64,000 nt of DNA, from positions 57,040,001-57,104,000 of the forward strand of contig NC_091999.1 of the NCBI RefSeq assembly GCF_044704955.1, written 5' to 3'. Under the pieces are notes generated by a model. It was not told the DNA's origin, made no database searches, and saw only the letters and a program-made list of their open reading frames with translations. Each line of letters begins with the position of its first letter. Positions within the stretch are counted from its first letter, which is position 1. This DNA is from Pristiophorus japonicus (Eukaryota). A program made the position numbers and the translations under genes. Positions 25,827-40,394 of this stretch are shown in pieces.

Positions 25827-27419
25827 AAGGAGTACATCAGTGTTTTCTGGGTGATGATGAGGTGATTACAAGACGATAAAGCGCAGAGACTGGCGTCTGC
25901 ATGCTCATTATCCTAGGTGTGATTTAATCCCGTTTCACACTGAATACTGCTGACAGAAATGGTCACCTGGTAACAGAATGGTCAGATTGACATTATTTTC
26001 TAAACAAGATCAAGCAAGAGAATGGGTTATCAATACATTTTAAAGCTATTAACCGACCTGTGATTGCATTTTGAATAAAGTAAAATGCTGGAAAATATTG
26101 GCTGAAGCTAATCATTTATCTTTGTGGAATGCACTTGCACACATTATGAATGTCTGCAATTGTTTTGTACACACTCACATACATCACACACACACACGCA
26201 CACACACACACACACACACATTCATAAACACACAAACGTACATATACACAAACACACATACACATATACCAAACACTTTTTGTGTTCTCTTTTCAGTTGT
26301 TCATTTCACTAGGTGAGAATTTTTTTCCGGTGAATATTAGGACCCTGCGGCCGCCCATCCGGCGGTGCTCTGAGGTCACGGTTCCAGGCTCTGTCTGACA
26401 CACTCAGTGGGTCACGTCACAGCTAAATAGAAAATACTGGATGAAAAACAATCGTTAATGTTAAAGAACTTGGAGAAATGGACACAGGAAAACACATTGT
26501 GATTTAGTAACCTCCAACACACGGATGTTGCCAGTAGTTCAAAGTGCACACCTTCCGTCCTGTCCCTCAATTCCAGTCCATCTCTGGGAGATTGTTACAA
26601 GGTTCACCCCATCCTCGCAACGCAAATATTACCGTCATAATACCAGATCAATTAGAGATTGCACACACGTGTTGATAGCTGTTAACAAATCTAAACATAT
26701 ACTTCCAAACAAAAAAGTATTGCATCCTCACACCTACACATATACACATCTTTATTTATATTAATATCTATCGATCTCTCTTCATATCGTCTGCTTATGT
26801 AACAGACGCATGTGCAAGTGCAGTAATAACTGAGGCAGGTTCTATGGTATAAGAAATAGAGACAGGATCCAGCGCACTAATAGTTTAGACAAGATCCAAA
26901 GTAACATGAAGAGAGACAGGAATTTATTATAATATATTTCAGCCATGGTCTATGGCAGGAATAACTGAGACAGTGCCTAGTATAATATAAACAGAGCCAT
27001 GGTCCAGTGTAATATAAATAAGGAACGAGTCTAGTGTAATATACACTGAGATAGGGACGAGTGTAATATAAATAGAGACAGGGCCTAGTGTAACATAAAC
27101 AGAGACAGGGGCTTGTGTAATATAAACCATGACTGGGTCTAGTGTAATATAAACAGAGACTGGGTAGAGTGTAATATAAACAGAGACAGGTTCTGGTGCA
27201 ATATAAACAGGGGCAGGTTCTAATGTAATATAAATAGAGACAAGGTCTAGTATAATATAAATAGAGATAGGGACGTGTGTTAATTAAACAGAGACAGGGT
27301 CCAGTGTAATATAAACAGAGACTGGGTCTAGTGCAGTAATAACTGTGACAGGGTCCAGGGTATCGATAACCAAGAGAGGGACTGCTGGGAGGATGAGTAA
27401 ACTGACCACAACACGGAGT

Positions 27420-28381
27420 TAATGGGGCCATTCAAGTGGTTGGGTAAAAATACATTTTGGGTGCAATAGCAAATTGTGATGAAGACACTAAAAAAATCTG
27501 CAAGGTGATATAGACAGGCTAATTGAGTGGACAAAAATTTGGCAGATGGATTATAACGGTGAAAATCTCAGATTATCTACTTTGGCAGAAAAAAATGAGA
27601 AAGCAAATTATAATTTAAATGGAAATAAATTGCAAAGTGCTGCGGTACAGAGGGACCTGGGTGTACTTGTGCATGAAACGCAAAATATTACTATGCAGGT
27701 AAAGCAAGTAATCAGGAAGACAAATGGAATGTTGGCCTTTATTGCAAATGGAATTGAGTACAAAAGCAGAAACGTCCTGCTACAACTCGACAGGGTATTG
27801 GTGAGGCCACAGCTGGAGTACTGCGTAAAGTTTTGTTCTCCGAATGTAAGGAAGGTTATACATGCATTGGAGACTTTTCAGAGGAGGTTCATTAGGTTGA
27901 TTCCGGAGAAGAGCGGATTGATGTATGAAGAAAAGTTGAGTAGGTTGGGCCTATACATGTTGGAGTTCAGAAGAATGTGAGATGATCTTATCGAAACTTA
28001 TAACATAATGAAGGGGCTCGAGAAGGTTGATGCAGAGAGGACATTTCCACTCACAGGGGAAACTAAAATTAGGAGGCTTAATCTCAGAATAAGGTGCTGC
28101 CATTTAAAACTGAGATGAGGAGGAATTTCTTCTCTCAGAGACTTGTAAATCTGTGTAATTTTCTGCAACAGAGAGGTGTGAAGGCTGGGTCATTGAATGT
28201 ATGTGAGGCAGAGATGGACAGATTTTTGAGCAATAAGTGATTAAAGGGTTAGGAGGAGCGGGCAGGGCATTGGAGCTGTGTCCATGATCAGACCAGCCAT
28301 GAACTTATTAAATGGCAGAGCAGGCTTGAGGGGACAAATGGCCTACTCCTGCTCCTATTTCTTATATTCTTATGTTCTTGT
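27420..28381 (+). mobile_element. 5'-truncated older CR1
   Basis: ORF 27546-27980 (QRDLGVLVH...RPQLEYCVKF). TTCTTATG tail at ~28360-28381. Confidence 0.85.
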
Positions 28382-30044
28382 GTTCTAAAGTCTTAGCGTG
28401 ATATATAAAAAATGCCTTGACTAGTGCAATAATAACTGCGGCAGGAACAAGTGTTTTATAAACCGAGAGGGGCCTTAGTGTAATATGAACCGAGAGATGA
28501 TGTAGATATAGAATCGCAGAATGGAAGAATGATACAGCACACACCGTGCACATTCAGCTCTCTGGTGCCTATCCCTGACTGAGTTGAAACAGCTAACCAA
28601 TTGGTCCCACTACCCCTGCTATTTCCCAATAACCCTGCATTATTTCCAGTTCAACTATTTATCCAATTCACTTTTGAAATTTATTACCGAAAGCAGCAGC
28701 CTATCAGATAGAGTATTCTAGATCATAACAGCACATTGTGTATTTCTTTTTCCTCATTTCGCCTCGGGCTCTTTTGCCAATTCCTTAAATGTGTGTCATC
28801 TTGTTACAGACCCGTCAGCCACTGCAAAATTGTCTTCTTATTTCAAGTGTCAGAATCATTCACGGTCTTGAACATGTTTGTAAAAGCTCCTTTTAACCTT
28901 CTCCGCTCTAATGACAACAATCTCAATGCCCCGAGTGTCTTCACTGAATTGAAGTATTTTATCCAAGGTACTATTCTAGTAAATTCCCCAAGCACCCTTT
29001 CCAAGGCCGTTCAATCTTTCCTAAATGTGGCTCTCAGAATTAAACACAATACTCCAGCTGGACTATAACCAATATTTTACAGATGCTTAGCTGTATGTTC
29101 CTTGCATTTGCACCCTATATCTCTATTCATAAAAACGAACGATAGTGTATATCTTCTGCATTCCAGATCAGAACCACTTGCTACATTAAAACATCTCCAC
29201 ATCTCCCTTCTGTTTTTTTGTTGCAAATGATCTTAAATATGTATCCTCTGGTTACCGACACTCCTGTCAGTGTAAACACTGTCTCACTTTTAACCGTATC
29301 AAATCCCTTCATAAAGGGAAGGCTATAACAGGCAGAGGCATTATTTTCTAATTGCTGCCAGAGATTGATTGGTAGATTTTGGTTCGGTTAGGAGATTACG
29401 GGTGACGGAACCAAAGCTGGTCGATGGAGTTAAGATGTCGATCATCCGTCATCTAATTGAATAGAGGCATGGCATAGTTCAGTACTAATTGAGAAAGTGT
29501 ATCGTGTAATTTAAAGAGAAGAATGGTCTAATGCATTATTAACAGAGACAAAACCTACAGCAATATAAAGAGGAGACGTCGTTTCGTGTAGTATTAACTG
29601 TGACAGTGCCGAATGTCATATAACTAGAGAGATGGTATCGATTGTAATAACGGAGAGTACCCAGTGTAGTATAAACATAGACATTGCTTAGTGCATTATA
29701 ACTGAGGCAAGGTTTCATGTAATATGAGAGATACATACCAGAGGGCAGCAACAAATGAGATAGTATTTAATATAAGACTATATGAAAAGGGGCACAGCGC
29801 AGTGCTGTAATAACTGAGACAGGGCCTAATGTATTATGAAGAGAGACGTGTTCTCATGCAGTATAACAGAGAGAACATTGTGTAATATAAACAGAGACAT
29901 GGTTTAGTGCAGTAATAACTGAGGCATGGCCCAGTGTAATATGAACAGATGCAGGGCATAATGCAATATAACTAGACACCGGGTCAAGAGCAATAATAAA
30001 TGAGGCAGGGCACTGTGCAATATTAACATAAGCAGAGTCTAGTA

Positions 30045-30850
30045 CAGTACCAATAAAGGTCAACATACCATTTGTCTTCCTGATTATCTGCGGTAACTGC
30101 ATGCTAACCTTTTGTGTTTCATGCACAAGGACACCCAGGTCCCTCTGTATTGCAGCACTTTGCAATTTTTCTTCATTTATATTAGAATTTGCTTTGCTAT
30201 TTTTTCTGCCAAAATGGATAACATCACATTTGCCCACATTATATTCCATCTGCCAAATTTTGACCACTCACTTAGCCTGGCTATATCGCTTTGCAGATCT
30301 TTTGTATTCTCCTCATAGTTTGCTTTCCCATCCATCTTTCTATCATCAGCAAATTTGGCTATATTACACTCAGTCCCTTCATCCATGTCATTAATATAGA
30401 ATGTAAATAGTTGAGGCCACAGCACGATCCCTGCGGCACCACACAACACTATTTGCCAACCGGAAAATGACCCATTTAAGTCAGTTCTCTGTTTTCTGTT
30501 ATTTAACCAATACTCTATCTATGCTAATATATCACCCCCAAACCCTGTGAAATTTTATCATGTGCAGGAACCTTTTATGTAGCAGCTAATCGATTGCCTT
30601 CTGGAAATGCAAATACACTGCATTCACTTGTTCTACTTTATCCAGCCTGCTCGTTACAACCTTAAAGACATCCAACAAATTTGTCAAACATTATTTCCCT
30701 TTCATAAAACCATGTTGACTCTGCTTGATTGAATTATACTTTTCCAAATGCCCGTTCCTGCTTCCTTAATAATGGACTACAGCATTTTCCCAACGACAGA
30801 TGTTAGCCAAACTGGTCTATCGTTTACTGCTTTTGTCTACGTCCTTTTTT
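30045..30850 (-). mobile_element. CR1 RT fragment
   Basis: ORFs 29854-30267 and 30177-30449 (NIAKFADD). Confidence 0.8.
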
Positions 30851-32354
30851 AGATGGCGACAGGATCTAGCATGAAATAAACAGTGACAACTTCTAGTGTA
30901 ATATAAACAGAGACAGGCGTTGTGTAATATAAACATAGGCAGGGTCTAGTGTAAGATAAACAGGGAAATGGGCTCGTGTAATATATAGCAAAAGACAGGG
31001 TCTAGTGCAGTAATAACTAAGACAGGGCCCTACTTTATATAAACAGAAATACCGTTGAATGTAATGTAAAAAGAAACATGGTTTAGCAGAATGGTAACTT
31101 AGACAGGGCCTAGAGGCCTTTAAAAAGAGACAGGTTCTAATTTAACATAAACAGAGACAGATTTGAGTGTAATATAAAAAGGGACATGGTCTAGTGTACT
31201 GTAAACAGGGACAGGGCCTAATGTAACATAAACAGAGACAGGGTGTAATGTAATATAAGCAGAGGCAGCGTCTAGTGTAAAATAAACGGAGGCAGGTTCG
31301 AGTTTAATACAAACAGAGGCAGGGTCTAATGTGACATAAACCGAGAGAGGATCTAGTGTAATATAAACAGAGATATGTTCTCGTGTAATATAAATACGGA
31401 CAGTATCTAGTGCATTATAAACAGAGACGTGGTCTAGTGTAATATAAACAGAGACAGAAAGTCTAGTGTAATATAACCAGAAACAGGGTCGAGTGTATTA
31501 TAAACAGAGACATGGTCTAGTGTAATAAAAACTGAGACAGGGTCGAGTGTAATATATACAGAGACAGGTTGTAGTATAATGGAAACTGAGACAGCATCTC
31601 TTGTAATATAAACAGAGACGTGGTCTAGTGTAATATAAACAGAGACATGATATAGTGCAATATAAACAGTAACATGATCTAGCGTAGTATAAACAGAGAC
31701 AGGGTCTAGTGTAATATAAACAGAGGCAGGATGTAGAGTAATATAAACAGTGACATGGTCGAGCATAGTATAAACAGAGACAGGATCTAGTTTAATATAA
31801 ACGAGACAGGGTCTAGTGTAATATAAACAGAGACAGGATCTAGTGTAATTTAACAGAGATCGGTTCTAGTAGAATAGAAACAGAAAGATCTTGTGTAATT
31901 TTTAAAAAACGGGCCTAGTACAGTCAATACTAAGAGAGGGCCCAATGTAATATAAACAGAGACACTGTTGAATGTAATATAAAGAGAAACATTGTTTAGC
32001 AGAAAGGTAACTGCGTCCGTGCCTACAGCCCTGAAATCAGAGAAAGGTTCTGTGTAATGTAAACAGAGACTGGACTAGTGCAGTAATAACTGAGACAGGG
32101 TTTAATATAATAAAAAGAGAAACAGGCTCTGATCTAATATAAACAAAGACAGAGTCTAGTGCAGAAATAACTGTGACAGGGTCTAATATAATATCAACGG
32201 AGTCAGGGCCCTGTGCAGTAATAAATGAGACAGGTCTTAATAAAATCAAAACAAAGACAGTGCCTAGTACAATATAACCTGAGGCATGGTCTTGGGCAGT
32301 AATAGCTGTGTCCTCCGGATAATAGCCCTCCTGCAAGTGTAAACATTGTCATAG

Positions 32355-33755
32355 AATCGTAAGAACATAAGAACATAAGAAATAGGAGCAGGTGTAGGCT
32401 GACCTAATCATGGACAGAGCTGCACTTCCCTGCCCGCTCCCCATAACCGTTCATTCCCTTATCGCTCAAAAATCTGCTGATCTCCGCCTTAAATATAATC
32501 AATGATCCTGCCTCCACAGATCTCTGGGACAGCGAATTACACAGATTTGCAATCCTCTGAGAGAAGAAATTCCTCCTCATATCAGCTTTAAATCGGCAGT
32601 CCCTTATTCTAAAACTATGTCCCAAATTTTATTTTCCCCGATGAGTGCAAATATCCTCTCTGCATCCACCCTGTCGAGGCCCACATTACCTTATGCGTTT
32701 CGATAAGATCCCTTCCCATTGTACTTAAATCCAATGTGTATATGCCCAACCTACTCAACCTATCTTCATAAGTCATCCGCATCATATCCGGAATCAACTT
32801 AGTGAATCTTCTCTGAACAGCCTCCAATGCACGTATATCCTTCCTTCAATACAGGGACGAAAACTGTACGCTGTGCATCAGGTGTGGCCTCACCTATACC
32901 CTGTACAGTTGCAGCAGGCCTCCTTTGCTTACATACTTTATGCCCCTTGCAATAAAGGCCAGAATTCCATTTGCCTTCCTGATTACTTGCAGTACGTGCA
33001 TACTAACGTTTTGTGTTTCAAGCACAAGGACACACAGGTCTCTCTGTCCTGCAGCACTTAGCAATTTTTCTCCATTTAAATTAAAATTTGCTTTTCTAAT
33101 TTTTCCAGCAAAAGTGGATAACCTCACATTTTCCCACATTATATTCCATCTGCCAAACTTTTGCCCACTCACTTAGCCTGTATATATCCCTTTGCCGATA
33201 TTTTGTGTCCTCCTCACAATTTGTTTTCCCACCCATCTTTTTATCATCAGCAAACTTGGCTACATTACACTCTGTCCCTTCATCCAAGACATTAAAATAG
33301 ATTGTAAAATTTGAGGACACAGCACCGATCCCTGCGGCACCACACTAGTCACTGTTTCCCTACCGGAAAATGACCCATTTATCCCGACTCTCTGTTTTCT
33401 GTTAGTTATCCAAAGCTCTATCTATGCTAAGACTTTCGCCCCAACCCCTTGAACTTTTATCTTGTGCAGGAACCTTTTATGTGGCACCTAATCGATTGCT
33501 TTCTGGAAATCCAAATATAACACATCCACTGGTTCTCCCTTATCTACCCTAATCGTTACATCCTCAATGAACACAAGCAAATATGTCAAACATGAATTCC
33601 TTTTCATAAAACCATGCTGACTTTGCTTAATTGAATTATGCATTTCCAAATATCTCGCTACTGCTTCCTTAATAATGGAGTCCTGTATTTTCCCAACGAC
33701 AGATGTTAGGCTAACTTGCCTATAGTTTCCTGCTTTTTGCAGTCTCCTTTTTAAA
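32355..33755 (-). mobile_element. 5'-truncated older CR1
   Basis: (AAGAACAT)n tail at ~32361. ORFs 32404-33320 are ORF2 pieces. Confidence 0.85.
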
Positions 33756-34619
33756 ATCGCACAGGATCTCGTGTATTATAAACAGAGATAGGGTCTAGGG
33801 TAATTTAAACAGTGAAAATGTCTAGTGTAATATAAAAAGAAACAGGATCCAGTGCAATATAAATCGAGACAGGATCCAGTGCAATATAAACACAGACAGG
33901 ATCTGGTGTAAAATAAACAGAGACAGGGTCTCGTGTAATATATAAAGAGACATGGTCCAGTCTAATATAACAGATACAGGGTCTAGTATAATGTAAACAG
34001 AGACAGGCTCTACTGTAATATATAAAGAGACATGGACTAGGGTAATATAAACAGAGACAGGGCCTGGTGTAAAAGAAACAGAGGTAGGGTCTCATGCAAT
34101 GTATACAGAGGCATGGTATATAAACAGAGTTAGGCTCTGGTATATTATATACACAGACAGGATCCAGTGTAGCATGAGCAGAGACAGGGTCTAGTGTAAA
34201 GTAAACAGAGACAGGGTCGAGGGTAATGTAGACAGACACAGGGTCTAATGAAATATAAACAGAGATAGGGTCTCGTGTAATATAAACAGAGACATGATCT
34301 GGTGTAATATAAACAGAGACGGGGTCTAATTATAATATAAACAGAGGCAGGGTCTGGTGTAATATAAACAGAGACAGGGTCTGGTGTAATATAAACAGAG
34401 ACAGGGTCTAGTGTCATTATTACAGCGAGAGCATCTAGCGTAATATAAACAGAGACAGGGTTTGGTGTAATATAAACAGAGACAGGGTCTGGTGCAATAT
34501 AAACAGAGACAGGGTCTAGTGTAACATAAACAGCGAGAGGGTCTAGCGTAATATAAACAGAGACAGGGCCTAGTGTAATATAAAGAGCGACAGGGTCCAG
34601 TGTAATATAAACAGAGACA

Positions 34620-36820
34620 TGGTGTAGTGGAGTAAAAACTGAGAAACAATCTGCCGTGATTTCATAGTGTCACAGACAATTATAGCTTAAAGGAAGCTAT
34701 TCGGTCCATCGTGCCTCTGCTGACCCTGAGTGAAAACCAATTCTGCACTTCTCGGCTCCTGATCTTATGCCAATGCTATAAAATCTAGGACCTCTGCTTA
34801 GTGGGAGCCGATATAATATATCATAGAATCTTAGAAATTGACAGCATGGAAGGAGGCCATTTCAGCTCATTATATAGCGCCAGCCAACCAAGAGCTATCC
34901 TGCCGTGTTCAGTAGCCTGTAGGTTACGACACGTTAACTGAACATTCAAGAATCTTTTATATATGGTGAGATTTCCTGCCTCTACCAATATTTCATATAG
35001 TGCGTTTCAGACTCCACCACCCTCTCGGTGAAGACATGTCCCCTCATATCTCCTCTACATTAGAAAACTAGTTATCATGTTGAAGACATCTATTAGGTCG
35101 CTAGTTAAACTTCTCTGTTACAAGGAGAACAGTTCTAACTTTTGAACTCTCTAATTGAAGTCCCTCATCGCTGGTAACAACCGGTTAAACCTCTTCAGTA
35201 CCCTTTTTAGTGTCTGTACATCGTTATGGAAATGTGGTGCTCAAAACTGTCCATAATATTCCATCTGAGGTCTAAGGCCTAATATAAGCAGAGATAAGTT
35301 GCAATGAATTAATAACTGAGACAGCGTCTAGAGTGATTTAAATAGAGACTGGGCCTAGTGCAAGATATAGAGAGACAGGCTCTAGTGTAACATAAAAAGA
35401 GACAGGTTCTAGTGTGAAATAAATAGATATATGGGCGAGTGTAACATAACCAACGAAAGGGTCTAGTGTAATATAAACAGAGACAGGGTCGTGTAATATA
35501 AACTGAGACAGGTTCTAGGGTAATATAAACTGAGACAGGGTCTAGTGTAATATAAACAGAGACAGGGTCTGGTGTAATATAAACAGTGACAGGGTCTGGT
35601 GCAATATAAACAGAGACAGGGTCTAGTGTAACATAAACAGCGAGAGGGTCTAGCGTAATATAAAGAGAGACAGGGTCTAGCGTAATATAAACAGAGACAG
35701 GGTCTAGTATAATATAAACAGAGACATGGTGTAGTTGAGTAAAAGCTGAGAAACAATCTGCTTTGATTTTATAGTGTCACAGACAATTACAGCTTAAAGG
35801 AAGCTATTCGGTCCATCGTGCCTCTGCTGACCCTGAGTGAAAACCAATTCTGCTTTTCTCCGCTCCTGATCTTATGCCAATGCTTTTAAATCTAGGACCT
35901 CTGCTTAGTGGGAGCCGATATAATATATCATAGAATCTTAGAAATTGACAGCGTGGAAGGAGGCCATTTCAGCTCATTGTATAGTGCCAGTCGACCAAGA
36001 GCTATCTTGCCAAATCCCACTTTCCAGCTCGTGTTCAGTAGCCTGCAGGTTACGACACATTAACTGAACATTCAAGAATCTTTTATATATGGTGAGAATT
36101 CCTGCCTCTACCAATATTTCATATCGTGCTTTTCACCACCCTCTCGGTGAAGACATGCCCCATCATATTGCCTCTACATTAGAAAACTAGTTATCATGTT
36201 GAAGACATCTATTAGGTCGCTAGATAAACTTCTCTTTTACAGGAGAACAGCTCTAACTTTTGAACTCTCTAATTGAAGTCCCTCATCGCTGGTAACAACC
36301 AGTTAAACCTCTTCAGTACCCTTTTTAATGTCTGTACATCGTTATGGAAATGTGGTGCACAAAATTGCCCATAATATTCCATCTGAGATGTAAGGCCTAA
36401 TATAAGCATAGATAAGTTGCAATGAATTATAACTGAGCCAGCGTCTAGAGTGATTTAAATAGAGACTGGGCCGAGTGCAAGATAAACAGAGACATGGCCT
36501 TGTCTAACATAAAAAGAAACAGGTTCTAGTGTAATATAAAGAGATATATGGGCGAGTGTAACTTAACCAGCGAAAGGGTCTAGTGTAATATAAACAGAGA
36601 CAGGGTCGTGTAATATAAACTGAGACAGGTTCTAGGGTAATATAAACAGAGACAGGGTCTAGTGTAATATAAACAGAGACAGGGTCTGGTGAAATATAAA
36701 CAGAGACAGGGTCTAGTGTAACATAAACAGCGAGAGGTTCTAGCGTAATATAAACAGAGACAGGGTCTAGTGTAATATAAACAGAGACATGGTGTAGTGG
36801 AGTAGAAACTGAGACAGAGT
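34620..36820 (+). repeat. Tandem duplication of a ~1.1-kb unit (unique/LINE remnant plus 27-bp satellite)
   Basis: CTGAGAAACAATCTGC...GTCACAGACAATTA...GGAAGCTATTCGGTCCATCGTGCC appears at ~34640 and ~35746 with near-identical downstream sequence. Confidence 0.9.
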
Positions 36821-37394
36821 CTCGTGAAATATTAACGGAGAAAGGGTCTCGTGTAATATAAACAGAAACAGGGCCTGGTGTACTATAAACAGAGACAATA
36901 TCTAGTGTAATATAAAGAGAGATGGGGTCCAAGTTAATATAAACAGAGACAGGGTCTCGAGTAATGTAAACAGGGATAGGATCTAGTGTAATCTCAGCAG
37001 GGACAGGATCTAGTGCAGTAATACATATTAAATCTCTGGCTTGTGGTTAATGTACGTCCTACCAGTGGAAAAGATTTCTAACTATTTACTCGATTAAAGC
37101 TCCTCATAATTTTGATCACCCCTATTAAATCACCCTAAACATTCTCGGATCTAAGGAGCACCGTCCCAGTTTCCTGCTGCTCGACTGATGCACCTCACGG
37201 ACATCCAGATGCGAAGTCGCTAAGATTTGATATGGAAATCACATTTTACAAGTGCCGGAATATCATCCCAGGCAAGATAAGAGCATTATCCCCGGGAAAT
37301 AAACCGACTGTGCAGGACTAGTCTCAGGCACTGAACTTTGGACACTCGGAACTAAATTACAACATCTAACAAATAAAGCTGTGGTGTGCTAAAG

Positions 37395-37845
37395 CCCCGC
37401 TACAATGGGATTACAGTAGCCTCTGAGTGAGAAGGCTGTGGGTTCAAACCCCTCTCCAAAGACTGAGCACATAATCTCGGTTGACACTCCTGGTACCAGT
37501 ACCGGGGTGGCGGGGTGGGGGAGGGGGTATACTCTCGGTAGTGCAGTCTTTCGGATGAGACGTTACATCTGCTGACTCTTCCCTCACAGTTGGATGTAAG
37601 AGATTGAATGGTACGATTTTAAATAACAGTGGAGTTCAACCCGATGTCCATTACACATATTTATCCATTAACCAGCATCACTAAAATATAGATTCTGTGG
37701 TTATTATCACATTACGTTTGTGGGAGCTTCCTGTGCGCAATTTACCTCCACGTTTCCTACATTACAAAAGTGACTACACTTCAAATGTACTTCATTGTAA
37801 AGTGCTTTTGGACAGTCCGAGGACATGAAAGTCGTGAAAGTTATT
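37395..37845 (+). mobile_element. Deu-domain SINE (third paralogous copy)
   Basis: CTCTGAGTGAGAAGGCTGTGGGTTCAAACCC head, GTCTTTCGGATGAGACGTTA core, CATTACAAAAGTGACTACACTTC. Confidence 0.75.
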
Positions 37846-40394
37846 TCTAAATGTCAACATTTAAATACACTTTGCAATGGGTTACTCCTCTGGTTGCAGT
37901 TTTTACTTGTTTAGTTTACATGGCTGGAATCTTATGCTAAATGGACATCCAGTGAATTACTGATCTGTTCAGAGAAGTTCCACTGACTTTGGGAGCAGAA
38001 TATTCAGAATTGAATTTTTAATTTTAATATTTTCTCTTTGATATAAATCACATCTCTTCTAATTGAACAAACCAAAAACCGATGTCACTGCTGGAGATAT
38101 TTCCATTTCTTCATACCAACTGTCAATATTCATAAAATAAACCCGTGCTGTGTGTTAAACTAATCAGTTAATGACTTTGTGGATCTGGTCTTGCTGCCAT
38201 GAACACGTCATGGAAACCAGTGAGGTGTTTATGTAAATAAACACATAAATAGAAGTCCCAGATTAGAATAGTGAATGATAGAAACACAATAAATGTTTCC
38301 TCATCAATACAGAATAGAAATAAACAGAGAGAGAAATGCTAATGTCTCAACGGATTCCAGCAACAATTGATGTTTCGGAGATTTCTTTCAGTTATTGGTG
38401 AACAAATTAACGATGATATCCACGGTCAGAATGGGGAAAGATTCTAGTCACCGTATATAGTGACAGCTCAAATGCATTAGTGGCAATTCCCTGTTTCCCC
38501 TCCCTCTCTGCTTCTCTCTGCTATCCCCACCTTCTGCCTTGCCTCTAAAGAATGCGTCATTATCTTTACCTCACAATACGAAGTCAATGTCTATCACAAA
38601 TGTTCCCTAAGGTCTATTTCCAGGCCTCAAACCAAATTGGTGGGTGTGCGGAGAGGCAGCATTATAATAAAATATATTGTGTGAACTCAATGATTTGGGG
38701 GTGTTTGATGGGACTCTGTAGCGAGACCTTTACTCTGCATCTAACCATTGATGTACCTGCCCTGGGTGTGTTTGATCAGATGGGGTAGAGGGAGCTTTAC
38801 TCTGTAGCTAACTTGTGCTGTACCATCCCTGGGAGTGCTTGATGGGACAATGTGGAGGGAGCTTTACTCTGCATAGACCAGTGCTGTACCTGCCCTGGGA
38901 GAGTTTGATGGGTCGGTGCAGAACAACCTTTACTCTCTATCTAAACCGTGCTGTACGTGTACTGGGAGTGTCTGATGGGACGATGTAGAGGGAGCTTTAC
39001 TGTTTCTCGACTCATGCTGTAACTGCGCTGGGAGTGTTTGCTGGGACAACATCGAGGGAGCTTTACTCTGCATAGACCCGCGCTGTACGTGCCCTGGGAA
39101 TGTTTGATGGCACAGTGTGACATCACTATCCCAGAAAAATGTTATTATCAGTGCACCTTCCTGAAACTTGCATTTCGTTTTTGCCTGTTTGACATGTTCA
39201 CGTCAGCAACACGTAAACAAAGGGTGACATCATTGTTCACAACAATGCAGCGTCATCAACGTGAATTGGTCGCCATAGCTACATCAGTGCGACCTATGAC
39301 CCTCAGCCACTCGGATTGTTCAATTTGAACTATGTAGACACATCTATACCCCAAGCTGCAGTGTCGTAATAACCGAGACAGGTCCAATTGTAACATAGAC
39401 AGAGAGAGCATATAGTGTAATATATACAGTGGCAGGGTCTAGTGTAAAATAAGCAGACACAGCGTCTAGTGTAATATGAACAGAGGCAGCGTCTAGTGTA
39501 ATATAAACAGATACAGGGTCTCGTGAAATATGAAAAGAGACAGGGTCTTGTGTAATATAAACAGATACAGGGTCCAGTGTAACATGAATAATACAGAGTC
39601 TAGTTTAACATAAACAGAGGCAGTGTCGAGTTTATTAAAAAAAATACAGGTTCTAGTATAATATAAACTGAGACAGGGTCTAGTGAATAAAAATAGAGAC
39701 AGGGGCTAGTGTAATATAAACAGAGACAGGGTCTAGTATAATATAAACAGAGGCAGGGCCTATCTATTATAAAGAGACAGGGGCGAGAATAATATAAACT
39801 GTGTCAGGGTTCAACATAACATAATAAAGGATATCTTGCTGTAATAATAACTAATACATGATCTATTGTATTATAAACGTTGACATTTTCTATTGCAATG
39901 TAAACTGAGACAGAGTCCAGTGTAATATAAACAGCACAAGGACTAGTGAAATATTGACAGAAATAGGGTGTATGGTAATATAAACAGAGGCAGCGTCTAG
40001 TTCAGTAGTAACTGTGACAGAATCTAATGTATTATAACGGACGGTCAGGTACTGTGATAACTGATACAGAGCCTTGCATAATATGAACAGGGACAGGATC
40101 TAGTGCAGTGTAACTGAGACAGGATCTACAGTAATAAAATAGATCCCGAGACTAGTGCAGTAATAACTGAGACAGGGCCTTGTGCAATCTGAATAGAGAG
40201 ATGGTCCACAGCAGTTATAATTAAACAGAGTCTAGGGTAATTTAACCACGCAGAATGTCTAGAATAATTTGATAGCAACATTCCAACCTTGCAAATCTTC
40301 ATGTCTTTCTGACTGTCTATCCGTCTGTCTATCTGTCGTTTGGTCGGTCGGACTGTCCGTCTGTCCATCCGTCATTCGATTCGTACTTCTATCC

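Larger units (their letters stand above)
26815..40260 (+). repeat. Field of 27-bp minisatellite arrays (ACAGGGTCTAGTGTAATATAAACAGAG) interspersed with LINE/SINE fragments
   Basis: Arrays at ~26820-27350, 29480-30050, 30860-32310, 33760-34650, 35280-35750, 36400-37020 and 39360-40260. They generate the 9-aa-periodic ORFs (ITLDPVSVY, YYTRPCLCL). Confidence 0.92.

Noticed and set aside
26877-36932. Cys/Tyr-rich and ITLDPVSVY-repeat ORFs
   Set aside because: Translations of the 27-bp satellite, open in several frames, with no gene structure.
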